Positions 26,380 through 35,812 of a DNA stretch of 64,000 nucleotides are shown piece after piece; within the stretch, counting starts at the first letter, position 1; each line of letters opens with the position of its first letter. The position numbers and the translations under genes are program-made. The notes beneath the pieces are model-generated. The model worked only from the letters and a program-made list of their open reading frames with translations. It was not told the origin of the DNA and made no database searches. Source of the DNA: Patescibacteria group bacterium (GTDB lineage: Bacteria > Patescibacteriota > Minisyncoccia > Phycocordibacterales > JACOZG01); NCBI GenBank assembly GCA_038064435.1, contig JBBTTC010000001.1:3170-67169 (forward strand), given 5' to 3'.

Positions 26380-26589
26380 ATGGAGGATAGCGCCAATTTA
26401 GTGACCGGCACTGTCCGCGAGGCCCTACCCAATGTTCTTTTTCGGGTAGAGTTGGATGATGGTCGGGAACTTTTGGCTTATTTGGCTGGCCGGATGCGTT
26501 TGCATCGCATCCGCGTGCTGGTTGGCGATCGAGTCGAAGTCCTGCCTGATTCTTATGGCGGCAAGGGCAGGGTTGTGAAGCGGCTATAA
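26380..26589 (+). CDS. infA: Translation initiation factor IF-1
   Basis: GTVREALPNVLFRVELDDGRELLAYLAGRMRLHRIRVLVGDRVEV is the S1-like IF-1 signature. Confidence 0.85.
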   Translation: MEDSANLVTGTVREALPNVLFRVELDDGRELLAYLAGRMRLHRIRVLVGDRVEVLPDSYGGKGRVVKRL

Positions 26590-26625
26590 CATTATAACTG
26601 GCCGCGTTTTTGTCACTGATTAAAT

Positions 26626-26742
26626 ATGCAAGTACGATCCGCAATAAAAAAACGATGTGAACACTGTCAACTCGTGCGTCGGCGCGGGCACTTGTATATT
26701 ATCTGTGCCAATAAAGCTCGTCACAAACAAAAACAAGCTTAA
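26626..26742 (+). CDS. rpmJ: 50S ribosomal protein L36 (not in the ORF track because it is under 60 aa)
   Basis: Manual translation gives MQVRSAIKKRCEHCQLVRRRGHLYIICANKARHKQKQA, the L36 zinc-ribbon pattern (C..C...C....H). Confidence 0.85.
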   Translation: MQVRSAIKKRCEHCQLVRRRGHLYIICANKARHKQKQA

Positions 26743-26749
26743 TTATTTT

Positions 26750-27130
26750 ATGCGTATTGCCGGGATTACCCTACCTGATCAAAAGCGAATGGAGATTGCT
26801 CTGACGGCCATCTTTGGCATTGGCCGCCGGCGCGCCACCGCAATTTTAAATGAGGCCAAGGTGGATGTAGGCAAGAAGCCGACGGAGATCAATACTGACG
26901 AAGAGGGTCGTTTGCGAAAGATTATTGATGGCTTGGCAGTGGAAGGAAATTTAAAGCGGGAAACTGCTGGCAATATTAAACGACTGGTTGATATTAAAAG
27001 TTATCGCGGCTCGCGCCACGCTCGCCGTTTACCCAGTCGCGGCCAACGCACTAAAACCAATTCCCGGACGCGGCGTGGCAACATTCGTAAAACTATGGGC
27101 TCGGGTCGCAAAAAGGTGGAGAAAAAGTAG
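26750..27130 (+). CDS. rpsM: 30S ribosomal protein S13
   Basis: MRIAGITLPDQKRMEIALTAIFGIGRRRA..., C-terminal basic tail. Start at ATG 26750 rather than 26657 (26657 would overlap rpmJ). Confidence 0.9.
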   Translation: MRIAGITLPDQKRMEIALTAIFGIGRRRATAILNEAKVDVGKKPTEINTDEEGRLRKIIDGLAVEGNLKRETAGNIKRLVDIKSYRGSRHARRLPSRGQRTKTNSRTRRGNIRKTMGSGRKKVEKK

Positions 27131-27139
27131 GAATAATTT

Positions 27140-27574
27140 ATGGGCAAAAAACGAGTTATAAAGAAGTCAACCGGTTCTGTGGACGAAGGTCTGCGTAGTC
27201 GATCTTTGTCGCGGGCCACAAAAAAGAAGGTCAGTGCTGGTATTTTGCATATTCAATCTACTTACAACAACACGCGCTTGCAGTTAACTGATCAGGCCGG
27301 CAACAGTTTGGCCTGGTCGTCTAGCGGAGCACTGGGTTTTAGCGGTGCGAAAAAGGGCACGACCTTTGCCGCCGGTAAGGTTGGGGAGCTTTTGGCTGAT
27401 CGAGCCGAGGGTATGGGAGTAAAGGAGGTGGAGGTAGTAATCCGCGGCGTTGGTTCTGGTCGGGAGGCAGCGATTCGTGCTTTTGCTAGTCGTGGCATTG
27501 CTATCAACGCCATCAAAGATGCCACGCCACGGCCGTTTAATGGCCCTAAACCCAAAAAACCCCGCCGCGTCTAG
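27140..27574 (+). CDS. rpsK: 30S ribosomal protein S11
   Basis: GILHIQSTYNNTRLQLTDQAGNSLAWSSSG...AIRAFASRGIAINAIKDATP. Confidence 0.9.
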   Translation: MGKKRVIKKSTGSVDEGLRSRSLSRATKKKVSAGILHIQSTYNNTRLQLTDQAGNSLAWSSSGALGFSGAKKGTTFAAGKVGELLADRAEGMGVKEVEVVIRGVGSGREAAIRAFASRGIAINAIKDATPRPFNGPKPKKPRRV

Positions 27575-27589
27575 AATTAATTTCTCACT

Positions 27590-28225
27590 ATGAAAATTGG
27601 ACCAAAGTATAAGATTTGTCGCCGGCTTGGAGAAAGAGTTTTTGCTCAGTGTCAAACCACCAAGTTTAGCATTTCTGGTAGCTCGACTACTGGCCGCGGA
27701 GGCAAGGGTGGGCGGGGATCATCCCGGCCGCGCAAGAATCTCTCTGACTACGGTCGTCAGTTGTTGGAAAAACAAAAGGCTCGTTACACCTACGGTTTGG
27801 GTGAACGTCAGTTTGCCAACTATGTAGCCCAGAGTCGTTCGTTGGCCAAGACCTCTCCCGGCAATAATCTCTACGAGCGTCTCGAAAGCCGTTTAGACAA
27901 CGTTGTTTTTCGTGCTGGCTTGGCCGCTTCGCGATTAATGGCTCGCCAGATCGTTTCGCATGGACACATTTTACTCAATGGCCGGCGGATGAACGTCCCT
28001 TCACACCAATTGATCGTTGGTGATCGTTTGTCTATTCGTCCAGCGAGTCGAAACAAGGGAGTGTTTGGTAATTTAGCCGAGCGCCTCAAGGATCACCGCA
28101 GTCCGAATTGGCTGAGTTACGACGAGACGGCTAATCAGTGGCAGATCGGCGGGCGGCCGCAAGCGGAGACCGGAGAGTTAAACGTTAATTTTAGCACTAT
28201 TGTTGAGTTTTATAGTCGGGTTTAA
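27590..28225 (+). CDS. rpsD: 30S ribosomal protein S4
   Basis: MKIGPKYKICRRLGERVF...LEKQKARYTYGLGERQF...S4 domain. Confidence 0.9.
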   Translation: MKIGPKYKICRRLGERVFAQCQTTKFSISGSSTTGRGGKGGRGSSRPRKNLSDYGRQLLEKQKARYTYGLGERQFANYVAQSRSLAKTSPGNNLYERLESRLDNVVFRAGLAASRLMARQIVSHGHILLNGRRMNVPSHQLIVGDRLSIRPASRNKGVFGNLAERLKDHRSPNWLSYDETANQWQIGGRPQAETGELNVNFSTIVEFYSRV

Positions 28226-28255
28226 TTTAGAAGCGCAATTAATTTTTTTAATAAT

Positions 28256-29257
28256 ATGACCGATCTAAACATTATTTTGCCTTCCAAGCCGAAAATTATT
28301 TTTGAAGGCGATAATCGTGGTGTGTACGAAATAGAGGGTCTTTACCCCGGCTATGGCCAAACATTGGGCAACTCTTTGCGTCGCATCGTCCTGTCTTCAA
28401 TGATTGGGGTGGCAATAACTTCATTGCGAGTTGAAGGCGCTCCGCATGAATTCTCGACTCTGGAGGGGGTTAAAGAAGATGTTTTAGCTATTATTCTTAA
28501 TCTCAAACAGGTACGTTTTAAAATGGAAGGTGATGAGCCACAAATTGTAACACTGGCAATTAAGGGGGCGCGCGAGGTTATGGCCGCTGATATCAAGTTG
28601 CCGGGCCAAGTTGAGGTGATGAATCCCAAACAATATATTACCACTATGACCAATAAAACAGCTGAGCTCAAAATGGAGTTAACTCTAGAAAAAGGCATCG
28701 GCTACTTACCAAAAGAGATGGTTCGTCGCGACAAAACTGATATTGGCACGGTGGTGCTCGATGCCGCTTTTTCACCCATCCGCCGTGTGGGTTATGAGGT
28801 AGAAAATATGCGAGTCGGAGATCGTACCGATTATAATCGTTTACGAATCAATATCGAAACTGATGGCTTGGTGGAGCCGCGCGAAGCACTCGAGAAGTCG
28901 ATTGAGATTATGATCCATCAACTTAAGGCCATTGTGGGTTTTAAGGAGGATCGTCCAATCAAACCTCTTTTAGATGTTGTTGAAAACACTGATGGTGCTA
29001 GCGGCGTGACGGAAACAGTTATGGACTTGCCGGATGGTTTGGCCGATGATAAAAAAGAAGAGATCCTAAAAACTAGGATTGAAAACTTAGAACTCTCCAC
29101 GCGAACTCTAAAGGCTTTAGCGGCGGCTGGCATCCGGACTCTAGGCGGACTAGCTAGAAAGAAAGAGTCCGATTTGGAAGAAGTTGGCGGTTTGGGCGGT
29201 AAGGGGATTGAGGAGATTCGGGCTGTTTTGAGCCAGCACGATATGGTTTTAAAATAA
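28256..29257 (+). CDS. rpoA: DNA-directed RNA polymerase alpha subunit
   Basis: N-terminal domain YPGYGQTLGNSLRRIVLSSMIGVAITSLRVEG and C-terminal alpha-CTD (LELSTRTLKALAAAGIRTLGGL). Confidence 0.9.
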   Translation: MTDLNIILPSKPKIIFEGDNRGVYEIEGLYPGYGQTLGNSLRRIVLSSMIGVAITSLRVEGAPHEFSTLEGVKEDVLAIILNLKQVRFKMEGDEPQIVTLAIKGAREVMAADIKLPGQVEVMNPKQYITTMTNKTAELKMELTLEKGIGYLPKEMVRRDKTDIGTVVLDAAFSPIRRVGYEVENMRVGDRTDYNRLRINIETDGLVEPREALEKSIEIMIHQLKAIVGFKEDRPIKPLLDVVENTDGASGVTETVMDLPDGLADDKKEEILKTRIENLELSTRTLKALAAAGIRTLGGLARKKESDLEEVGGLGGKGIEEIRAVLSQHDMVLK

Positions 29258-29261
29258 ATAA

Positions 29262-29618
29262 ATGAGACACCACAATGTTAATCGTAAATTTGGTCGTGAG
29301 AAAAATCAGCGTTTGGCGCTGAAGCGTTCTTTGGCGCGCGAGTTGGTGAAGCGGGGAAAGATTCGTACCACTACGGCGCGGGCCAAAGAACTGCGACCAT
29401 TTATTGAGCGTTTAGTTACCAAGCTCAAAGTTAATAAAAGTGATCTAGCTAGTCGTCGCTTGGTTATTGCTCGTTTGGCTAGTGTGGCCGAAGCTCGGAC
29501 CTTGGCCGAAAAGATTACCCCGCGCTATGTTGATCGACCGGGTGGCTACACAAGGATTACCAAATTGACTCCGCGGCGCGGCGACAATAGTCCGATGGCC
29601 GTGATTGAGTTTGTATAA
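29262..29618 (+). CDS. rplQ: 50S ribosomal protein L17
   Basis: MRHHNVNRKFGREKNQRLALKRSLARELVKRGKIRTTTARAKELRPFIERLVT. Confidence 0.9.
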   Translation: MRHHNVNRKFGREKNQRLALKRSLARELVKRGKIRTTTARAKELRPFIERLVTKLKVNKSDLASRRLVIARLASVAEARTLAEKITPRYVDRPGGYTRITKLTPRRGDNSPMAVIEFV

Positions 29619-29620
29619 TC

Positions 29621-29968
29621 ATGACTAAACATACCGTTAATGCCGCTGGTCGAACACTTGGTCGCTTAGCCACCGAGGTGGCTGTTTTACTCCGGGGTAA
29701 AAATTCGCCCGCTTTTCAACGTCATCTTTTGCCGATGACCATGGTGGAAGTGATTAATCTTGATCAAATTAGAATTACGGCTAAGAAGGGGCGACAAAAA
29801 ACTTATGTTACTTACAGCGGTTATCCCGGTGGCATTAAGCGACAAAGTTTGGACAAATTAAGACAAGAGCGCGGGCCGGAAGAAGTTTTGCGGCGCGCTG
29901 TTTACGGCATGATCCCCAACAATCGTTTGCGACCAAAGATTATGAAACATCTAATTTGCCATCGTTAA
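29621..29968 (+). CDS. rplM: 50S ribosomal protein L13
   Basis: AGRTLGRLATEVAVLLRGKNSPAF...YVTYSGYPGGIKRQSL...AVYGMIPNNRLR. Confidence 0.85.
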   Translation: MTKHTVNAAGRTLGRLATEVAVLLRGKNSPAFQRHLLPMTMVEVINLDQIRITAKKGRQKTYVTYSGYPGGIKRQSLDKLRQERGPEEVLRRAVYGMIPNNRLRPKIMKHLICHR

Positions 29969-29972
29969 AATT

Positions 29973-30374
29973 ATGGTTACTCCAGCGATATATTTTGAGG
30001 CTGTTGGTCGGCGCAAGGAGTCTATTGCCCGCGTGCGCTTAATACCCCGTACTCGTCAGGAAGTTATAATCAACACCAAACCGGCCGATAAATATTTTTC
30101 TCTTCAATATTTAGGCGACGCCGCTCTGGGTCCACTTCGGGTGGTTGGCACCAGTCAAAAGTTTATGATTACGGTGCAGATTCGGGGCGGTGGCATTGTG
30201 TCTCAATCTGCAGCTATGGCACATGGCTTGGCTCGCGCGCTCCTAGTTTTTCAAAATGAGTGGCGCCCCGTGCTTAAAAAGGCTGGTTACCTCAAGCGCG
30301 ATCCGCGAATTAAGGAGCGGCGTAAATTTGGTCTCAAGAAGGCACGCAAGGCGCCACAGTGGTCAAAGCGTTAG
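29973..30374 (+). CDS. rpsI: 30S ribosomal protein S9
   Basis: YFEAVGRRKESIARVRLIP...QIRGGGIVSQSAAMAHGLARAL...C-terminal KKARKAPQWSKR. Confidence 0.9.
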   Translation: MVTPAIYFEAVGRRKESIARVRLIPRTRQEVIINTKPADKYFSLQYLGDAALGPLRVVGTSQKFMITVQIRGGGIVSQSAAMAHGLARALLVFQNEWRPVLKKAGYLKRDPRIKERRKFGLKKARKAPQWSKR

Positions 30375-30387
30375 ATAAAAACAAAAA

Positions 30388-30954
30388 ATGAAGGACAACC
30401 AAGATCCACCGATTGAAATTGTGGAGGAGAGCTACGCCGATGCCGATGAACACGATATTGATCCGGCGGCAACACTCAAGAAGCTCAAAGACAAATTAAA
30501 ACGTTGTTTGGAAGAGAAGCAGATGTATCTTGATTTATCACAGCGTTTTAAGGCCGACTATTCCAATTTACAAAAGCAGACCGCGGTTGATCGTGAGGGT
30601 ACTATCAAGCGGGCTAATCAGAACTTATTGCGCGATTTGTTGGAATTGGCTGATGCCTTTGATTACGCGTTGGGTGATGAAGCGTCACTGGCGGCGGTGC
30701 CCGCTGGTTGGCGGCAGGGGTTGGATGGCCTGCGGGCCAAGTTAGTAGCCATTTTTCGTCAACATGGCTTAGAACCCTTTACCCCGGCCGTTGGTGACAA
30801 TTTTGATCCCAGTTCGCACGAGCCTGTTTCTTCGGTTGACGCCGAGTCGGCGGATCAAGATAATTTAATAATCGCCGTAGTCGACAAGGGGTATCGGTTA
30901 TATGATAAAATTATTCGACCAGCTAAAGTTAAAGTTAGTGTTTATAAACAATGA
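30388..30954 (+). CDS. grpE: Nucleotide exchange factor GrpE
   Basis: Coiled-coil N-terminus, ...NLLRDLLELADAFDYAL..., C-terminal beta domain. Immediately upstream of dnaK with a 4-nt overlap. Confidence 0.85.
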   Translation: MKDNQDPPIEIVEESYADADEHDIDPAATLKKLKDKLKRCLEEKQMYLDLSQRFKADYSNLQKQTAVDREGTIKRANQNLLRDLLELADAFDYALGDEASLAAVPAGWRQGLDGLRAKLVAIFRQHGLEPFTPAVGDNFDPSSHEPVSSVDAESADQDNLIIAVVDKGYRLYDKIIRPAKVKVSVYKQ

Positions 30955-32786
30955 GTAAAATTTTAGGTATTGATTTGGGAACAACAAATTCTGCCATGGC
31001 TTACGTGGAGGGAGGTGTGCCTAAGATTATTGAAAATCACGAAGGGGCACGCACAACACCATCTATTGTAGCCATGTCTAAGTCCGGCGAGCGAATCGTG
31101 GGTCTTTTAGCTAAACGTCAGGCTATCACTAATCCAGCCAATACGATTTTTGAGGTTAAAAGAATGATGGGGCATCGGTTTGACGATCCCAACATCAAGC
31201 GTGATGTGGAGGTGGCGCCCTTTAAAACCGAACGAAGTGATGATGGTGGCATTAAAATCAAGATGGGCGACAAATCTCATCGTCCGGAAGAAATTTCGGC
31301 CATGATTTTACAAAAGTTTAAACATGATGCCGAGGCGAAATTGGGTGAGAAGTTGGAAGAGGCCGTAATTACTGTCCCGGCGTATTTTGATGACTCGCAA
31401 CGCAAGGCCACGCGCGATGCTGGTGAGATAGCTGGTTTTAAGGTGCGACGCATTATCAATGAGCCTACGGCAGCCGCCTTAGCTTATGGCTTTAATAAAC
31501 ACAAGGACGAGAAGATCGCCGTTTACGATTTTGGTGGTGGGACTTTTGACGTTTCTATCCTCGACATCGCTGGCGGTGATGGAGAGCAGAGCATTCAGGT
31601 TAAAGCCACTGACGGTGACTCGCATTTGGGTGGCGGTGATATTGATCAGCGAATAATTAAATGGATTGCCGAGGAGTTTAAAAAAGAATCGGGCATTGAC
31701 GTGTTAAGGGACGCCTTAGCTTTGCAACGCCTTAAGGAAGCAGCCGAGAAAACCAAACACGAACTTTCCACTACGCTCGAATCGGAGATTAACATTCCGT
31801 TCATCACCTCTGATGCTTCCGGTCCGCGTCATCTGTTGATCAAGATGACGCGGACCCAGCTCGAAGGCTTGGCTCGGGAGTATATCGATCGCTCGATCGA
31901 AATTACAAAACGGGCGCTTGAAGCTTCGGGTTATAAAACAACCGAAATTGATGAAGTAATCTTGGTGGGTGGGCAAACTCGTATGCCAGCGATCGAGAAG
32001 GCGGTGCGTGATTTTTTTGGCAAGGAGCCAAATAAGTCCATTAATCCGGATGAAGTAGTGGCTGTTGGCGCGGCCATCCAAGCCGGTATTTTTCAGGGTG
32101 ATGTTAAAGACGTTTTATTGCTTGATGTTATCCCGTTGTCTTTGGGGATCGAGACCTTGGGTGGCGTGGCGACCAAACTGATCGAACGCAATACTACCAT
32201 TCCGGCTGCTAGAACCCAAGTTTTTTCGACCGCGGCCGATAATCAAACAACGGTTGAAATCCACATTACCCAAGGTGAGCGGCCGCTAGCTAGTGACAAT
32301 AAAAGTTTGGGTCGTTTTATTCTTGATGGCATTCCACCATCACCTCGCGGCTTACCACAGATTGAGGTGACTTTTGATGTTGATGCTAATGGTATTCTTA
32401 ATGTTAAGGCTAAAGACAAAGCCAGTAGCAAGGAACAGTCTATTAGAATTGAGGCGCGTAGCGGTTTGACGGACGACGATATTGCTCGAATGAAAAAAGA
32501 TGCCGAGGCACATGCCGAGGACGATAGACGTAAGAAAGATGTTGTTGAGGCCCGTAATTTGGCCGAGCAGATGATTTATCTGGCTGAGAAGAGCGTGCGT
32601 GATGCCGCTGGCAAAATCACCGATGAAGTGAAAAAAGAAGTCGAAGAGAAAACTGAGGCACTAAAAAAGATTAAAGATGGTGACGATCAGACGGCGATCA
32701 AAGTTGCCACCGAAGCGTTAAGTGTGTCAATGCAAAAAATTGGTCAGGCCATGAATAAACCGCCCGAGCCACCACCACAAAATTAA
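30951..32786 (+). CDS. dnaK: Molecular chaperone DnaK (Hsp70)
   Basis: [42 protein letters not shown]. Confidence 0.95.
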   Translation: MSKILGIDLGTTNSAMAYVEGGVPKIIENHEGARTTPSIVAMSKSGERIVGLLAKRQAITNPANTIFEVKRMMGHRFDDPNIKRDVEVAPFKTERSDDGGIKIKMGDKSHRPEEISAMILQKFKHDAEAKLGEKLEEAVITVPAYFDDSQRKATRDAGEIAGFKVRRIINEPTAAALAYGFNKHKDEKIAVYDFGGGTFDVSILDIAGGDGEQSIQVKATDGDSHLGGGDIDQRIIKWIAEEFKKESGIDVLRDALALQRLKEAAEKTKHELSTTLESEINIPFITSDASGPRHLLIKMTRTQLEGLAREYIDRSIEITKRALEASGYKTTEIDEVILVGGQTRMPAIEKAVRDFFGKEPNKSINPDEVVAVGAAIQAGIFQGDVKDVLLLDVIPLSLGIETLGGVATKLIERNTTIPAARTQVFSTAADNQTTVEIHITQGERPLASDNKSLGRFILDGIPPSPRGLPQIEVTFDVDANGILNVKAKDKASSKEQSIRIEARSGLTDDDIARMKKDAEAHAEDDRRKKDVVEARNLAEQMIYLAEKSVRDAAGKITDEVKKEVEEKTEALKKIKDGDDQTAIKVATEALSVSMQKIGQAMNKPPEPPPQN

Positions 32787-32789
32787 CTT

Positions 32790-33878
32790 ATGTCTAAAGA
32801 CTATTATGAAATTTTAGGCGTATCGCGTAACGCACCGCGCGAGGAAATTCAGAAGGCGTTTCATCGTCTGGCGCATAAATATCATCCCGACAAAAAAGGC
32901 GGCGACGAGGCGAAATTTAAAGAAGTCAATGAGGCCTACCAAGTCCTTTCTAATGACCAACGTCGGGCGGAATATGATGCCTACGGTAATGTTTTTTCGG
33001 GTGGTGGCCGATCGGGCAGCGCGTCTGGTGCCGAAGCTGGAGGTTTTGGGTTTGATTTTGATTTTAGCAACATGGGTGGAACGGGCGCGGCCTTTGACTT
33101 GGGCGACATTTTCAGTGATTTTTTTGGCGGTCGAGCTGGCGGTCGCGGTCGCGGCCGGCGCGGCCGCGACATTTCAGTCGATATTCAAATTTCATTTGCT
33201 GAAGCTGTTTTTGGGACTGAACGCAAAGTAATTATTTCCAAAATTAGTGTTTGTTCAACATGCCAGGGTAAGGGGGGCGCACCGGGTAGCGCCATGATCA
33301 AATGTCAGGTTTGTGCGGGTCGTGGCAAACTTCACGAAACACGCCAGTCTTTGCTTGGTTCTTTTACTACAGTTCGCGAATGTCAAAATTGTTTGGGCAC
33401 GGGCGAAATGTCGGACAAAAAATGTCCGGAATGCGCGGGTCATGGTGTAGTGAAGAAGAATGAGGAAATCCAAATTGTCGTGCCGGCCGGCATCAGTGAC
33501 GGTGAGATGATCCGCTTGTCTGGTCAGGGTGAGGCGACACGCGGCGGAGTCACGGGCGATTTGTATGTCAAAGTTCATGTTGAAGCACACGCAATGTGGC
33601 GTCGTGATGGTAACAATTTAACAACTGATCTCGCGATTAAATTAACTGACGCTTTGCTTGGCAACGATTACACTGTTGAAGCCTTGGACGGTAATATTAA
33701 GGTTAAGGTTCCGGAGGGCGTTAACCATGGCGATGTGATTAAGGTAAAAGATCGGGGCGTGCCATTGCGCGGCGGCAAGCGCGGCGACCTGCTAATCCGC
33801 GTGATGATCAAAACACCGTCAAAACTATCTCGTCAAGCCAGAAAACTAGTCGAAGAATTAAGGCGGGAGGGGATTTGA
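32790..33878 (+). CDS. dnaJ: Molecular chaperone DnaJ
   Basis: J-domain DYYEILGVSRNAPREEIQKAFHRLAHKYHPDKK, G/F-rich region, four CxxCxGxG zinc-finger repeats. TGA stop. Confidence 0.95.
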   Translation: MSKDYYEILGVSRNAPREEIQKAFHRLAHKYHPDKKGGDEAKFKEVNEAYQVLSNDQRRAEYDAYGNVFSGGGRSGSASGAEAGGFGFDFDFSNMGGTGAAFDLGDIFSDFFGGRAGGRGRGRRGRDISVDIQISFAEAVFGTERKVIISKISVCSTCQGKGGAPGSAMIKCQVCAGRGKLHETRQSLLGSFTTVRECQNCLGTGEMSDKKCPECAGHGVVKKNEEIQIVVPAGISDGEMIRLSGQGEATRGGVTGDLYVKVHVEAHAMWRRDGNNLTTDLAIKLTDALLGNDYTVEALDGNIKVKVPEGVNHGDVIKVKDRGVPLRGGKRGDLLIRVMIKTPSKLSRQARKLVEELRREGI

Positions 33879-34251
33879 CATATAAAAGTAACTCAGTACA
33901 ATACCTAAACAGAGGAGATCGGGTTATGGAAGGCTCGATCGAAGCGTGGTTCTTTTGGTGAGGGCCAAAAGCATGTTAGACAGATCTCTTGGTGGCCGTT
34001 ATCATCTCTTTCTCCATTTTGAGGCAGGACGTTTTCTCAAAACAATGGGCTACGACGCTTGTGGGAAGGTGCAAAAAAAACACAGTCCCAACCCGCGACG
34101 ACAGGCTCGGTTTGAGAAAACGATTTGTCGCCAGTGTCGCCGTTTCGATAACGGCTGGTGGAGTGATGACGTTTGCCCTCGTGATCTGATCCGTAATACC
34201 TAGGATGGTGTTGCGGCGTTTGGTTTCGTAGAACCCATTACACCCATTTTT

Positions 34252-34286
34252 CCCGGTCGGCAGTGAATACTCCGACCGGGTTTGTT
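34252..34286 (+). terminator. Rho-independent terminator closing the dnaJ-downstream transcript
   Basis: cccggtcgg cagtgaatact ccgaccggg followed by tttgtt. The next gene's -10 tatact (34286-34291) follows immediately. Confidence 0.7.
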
Positions 34287-34296
34287 ATACTAGGTT

Positions 34297-34785
34297 ATGA
34301 TTCTGGCGACTCACGCTGTTGTTGGCGCTGGTCTGGTTAGTTTAATGTCGACCGAATCCGTCGCTGGCGGATTCGGCTTAGCTTTTGCCAGTCATTTTTT
34401 ACTCGACAGTCTCCCTCACTGGGATTATCAGCTACTGTCAACTAACAAGCACCCCGGTGATCGTCTACGGGTGGTTTTTAATTCCGGACGTGCGCTTATT
34501 GTTGATCTAACTAAAATTAGTCTGGACGGAATAGTTGGTTTGACGTTTGCTATGTTAATTTTTACGCCTTGGCCGCTCGCGGCGCTGGGCGCCGCGGCGG
34601 CTATGTTGCCGGATGCTTTGCAGATGGCTTATTTTTTGTGGTCGCACGAACCACTTCGTTCGCTCCAGCGTTTTCATCTATGGATTCATACCGATCGGCG
34701 TTTGGTCGGTCGGCCATACGTTGGTTTGGCTTTCCAAGCGTTAGTTCTCGTAGTTTTTATTATTTTCACTAAAGCAGTGCTATAA
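34297..34785 (+). CDS. Membrane-bound metal-dependent hydrolase-like protein (YdjM/DUF457-like), -10 box abutting start codon
   Basis: Polytopic membrane protein with HFLLDSLPHWDY and WIHTD His/Asp motifs. tatact lies 6 nt before the ATG. Confidence 0.45.
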   Translation: MILATHAVVGAGLVSLMSTESVAGGFGLAFASHFLLDSLPHWDYQLLSTNKHPGDRLRVVFNSGRALIVDLTKISLDGIVGLTFAMLIFTPWPLAALGAAAAMLPDALQMAYFLWSHEPLRSLQRFHLWIHTDRRLVGRPYVGLAFQALVLVVFIIFTKAVL

Positions 34786-34792
34786 TCGCCGC

Positions 34793-35179
34793 ATGAAAAT
34801 TAATATTAAAGGTACCAATATTGAACTTACACCGCCCATTCGTGCTTATCTTGAAGATAAGTTAAATAGTCTTGCTCGATTGGTAGATCAACATGATGCC
34901 GAGTCCGTGCTTCAAGTCGAGGTTGGTAAAGATAGTCGGCACCATAAACATGGTGAGGTTTTCCGCGCCGAGATCAACCTCCATTTGTCGGGATGCGATC
35001 TGCGGGCCGAGAGTTTTAATGACGATCTCTATGCCGCTATTGATCTAGTTAAAGACGAAATTGTTAATGAGTTTAAGTCGTCTCGGGCCAAGCGCTCCAC
35101 GGTGGTGCGGCGCGGCGCGCGGGCGCTTAAAAATTTAATTAAAGGTTTATATCGCGGGAATAAAAAATATGGGAAATAA
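34793..35179 (+). CDS. hpf: Ribosome hibernation promoting factor (HPF/RaiA family)
   Basis: MKINIKGTNIELTPPIRAYLEDKLNSLARL...EVFRAEINLHLSG is the S30AE fold signature. Confidence 0.85.
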   Translation: MKINIKGTNIELTPPIRAYLEDKLNSLARLVDQHDAESVLQVEVGKDSRHHKHGEVFRAEINLHLSGCDLRAESFNDDLYAAIDLVKDEIVNEFKSSRAKRSTVVRRGARALKNLIKGLYRGNKKYGK

Positions 35180-35795
35180 ATTTACGATTGGTTTAGTTGT
35201 GATAATAATTGTTTTGGCGGTGATCTTGGTTTTGAGAAACAACCGAAAGGTGGCACTAGTGATTCCCATGTCGTCTACGCCTAGTGAAGTTTCGACAACG
35301 GGTAATCCGGTAGTGATAATGGACACCAGTTTGGGCAAGATCGAGTTAGAGCTTTGGCCCAACAAAGCACCAGCGACGGTGGAAAAATTTCTTCTCCTAG
35401 CCACGGATAATTTTTACGCTGGCACGCATTTCCACCGCGTTATATCAAATTTTATGATACAGGGCGGTGATCCATTAACTAAAACTGATCCAACCAATCG
35501 TGCTGTGCACGGCACTGGTGGTCCGGGCTATACTTTTGCCGACGAAATTAATGACGAAAAGTTGGTTCGTGGCGTGTTGGCCATGGCCAATTCTGGTCCC
35601 CATACTAATGGTTCGCAGTTTTTCATCATTACAGCTGACGCCACACCTTGGCTTGACGGCAAACACACGGCTTTTGGTCGAGTGATTTCGGGCCTCGAGG
35701 TCGTTGAGACTATCAGTAATTTACCAACTCATCAGGACGGCAGTGACCATCCAGTGACTCCGCCGATCATCAATAGTTTGACCATCAAAAAATAA
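35169..35795 (+). CDS. Cyclophilin-type peptidyl-prolyl cis-trans isomerase with N-terminal membrane anchor
   Basis: N-terminal TM. FHRVISNFMIQGGDP, GVLAMANSGPHTNGSQFFI and WLDGKHTAFGRV are cyclophilin motifs. Confidence 0.85.
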   Translation: MGNKFTIGLVVIIIVLAVILVLRNNRKVALVIPMSSTPSEVSTTGNPVVIMDTSLGKIELELWPNKAPATVEKFLLLATDNFYAGTHFHRVISNFMIQGGDPLTKTDPTNRAVHGTGGPGYTFADEINDEKLVRGVLAMANSGPHTNGSQFFIITADATPWLDGKHTAFGRVISGLEVVETISNLPTHQDGSDHPVTPPIINSLTIKK

Positions 35796-35812
35796 GCCGT
35801 TAAGATGGGGGC

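Noticed and set aside
26657-27130. 157-aa ORF-track version of rpsM
   Set aside because: Its first 31 codons overlap, out of frame, a clearly conserved L36 (rpmJ) gene at 26626-26742. S13 homology begins at ATG 26750.
33946-34203. 85-aa Cys-rich ORF reported as a confident CDS
   Set aside because: It has no RBS at its ATG, and the preceding SD serves an 11-codon uORF in another frame. It is kept only as a finding, not as a feature.
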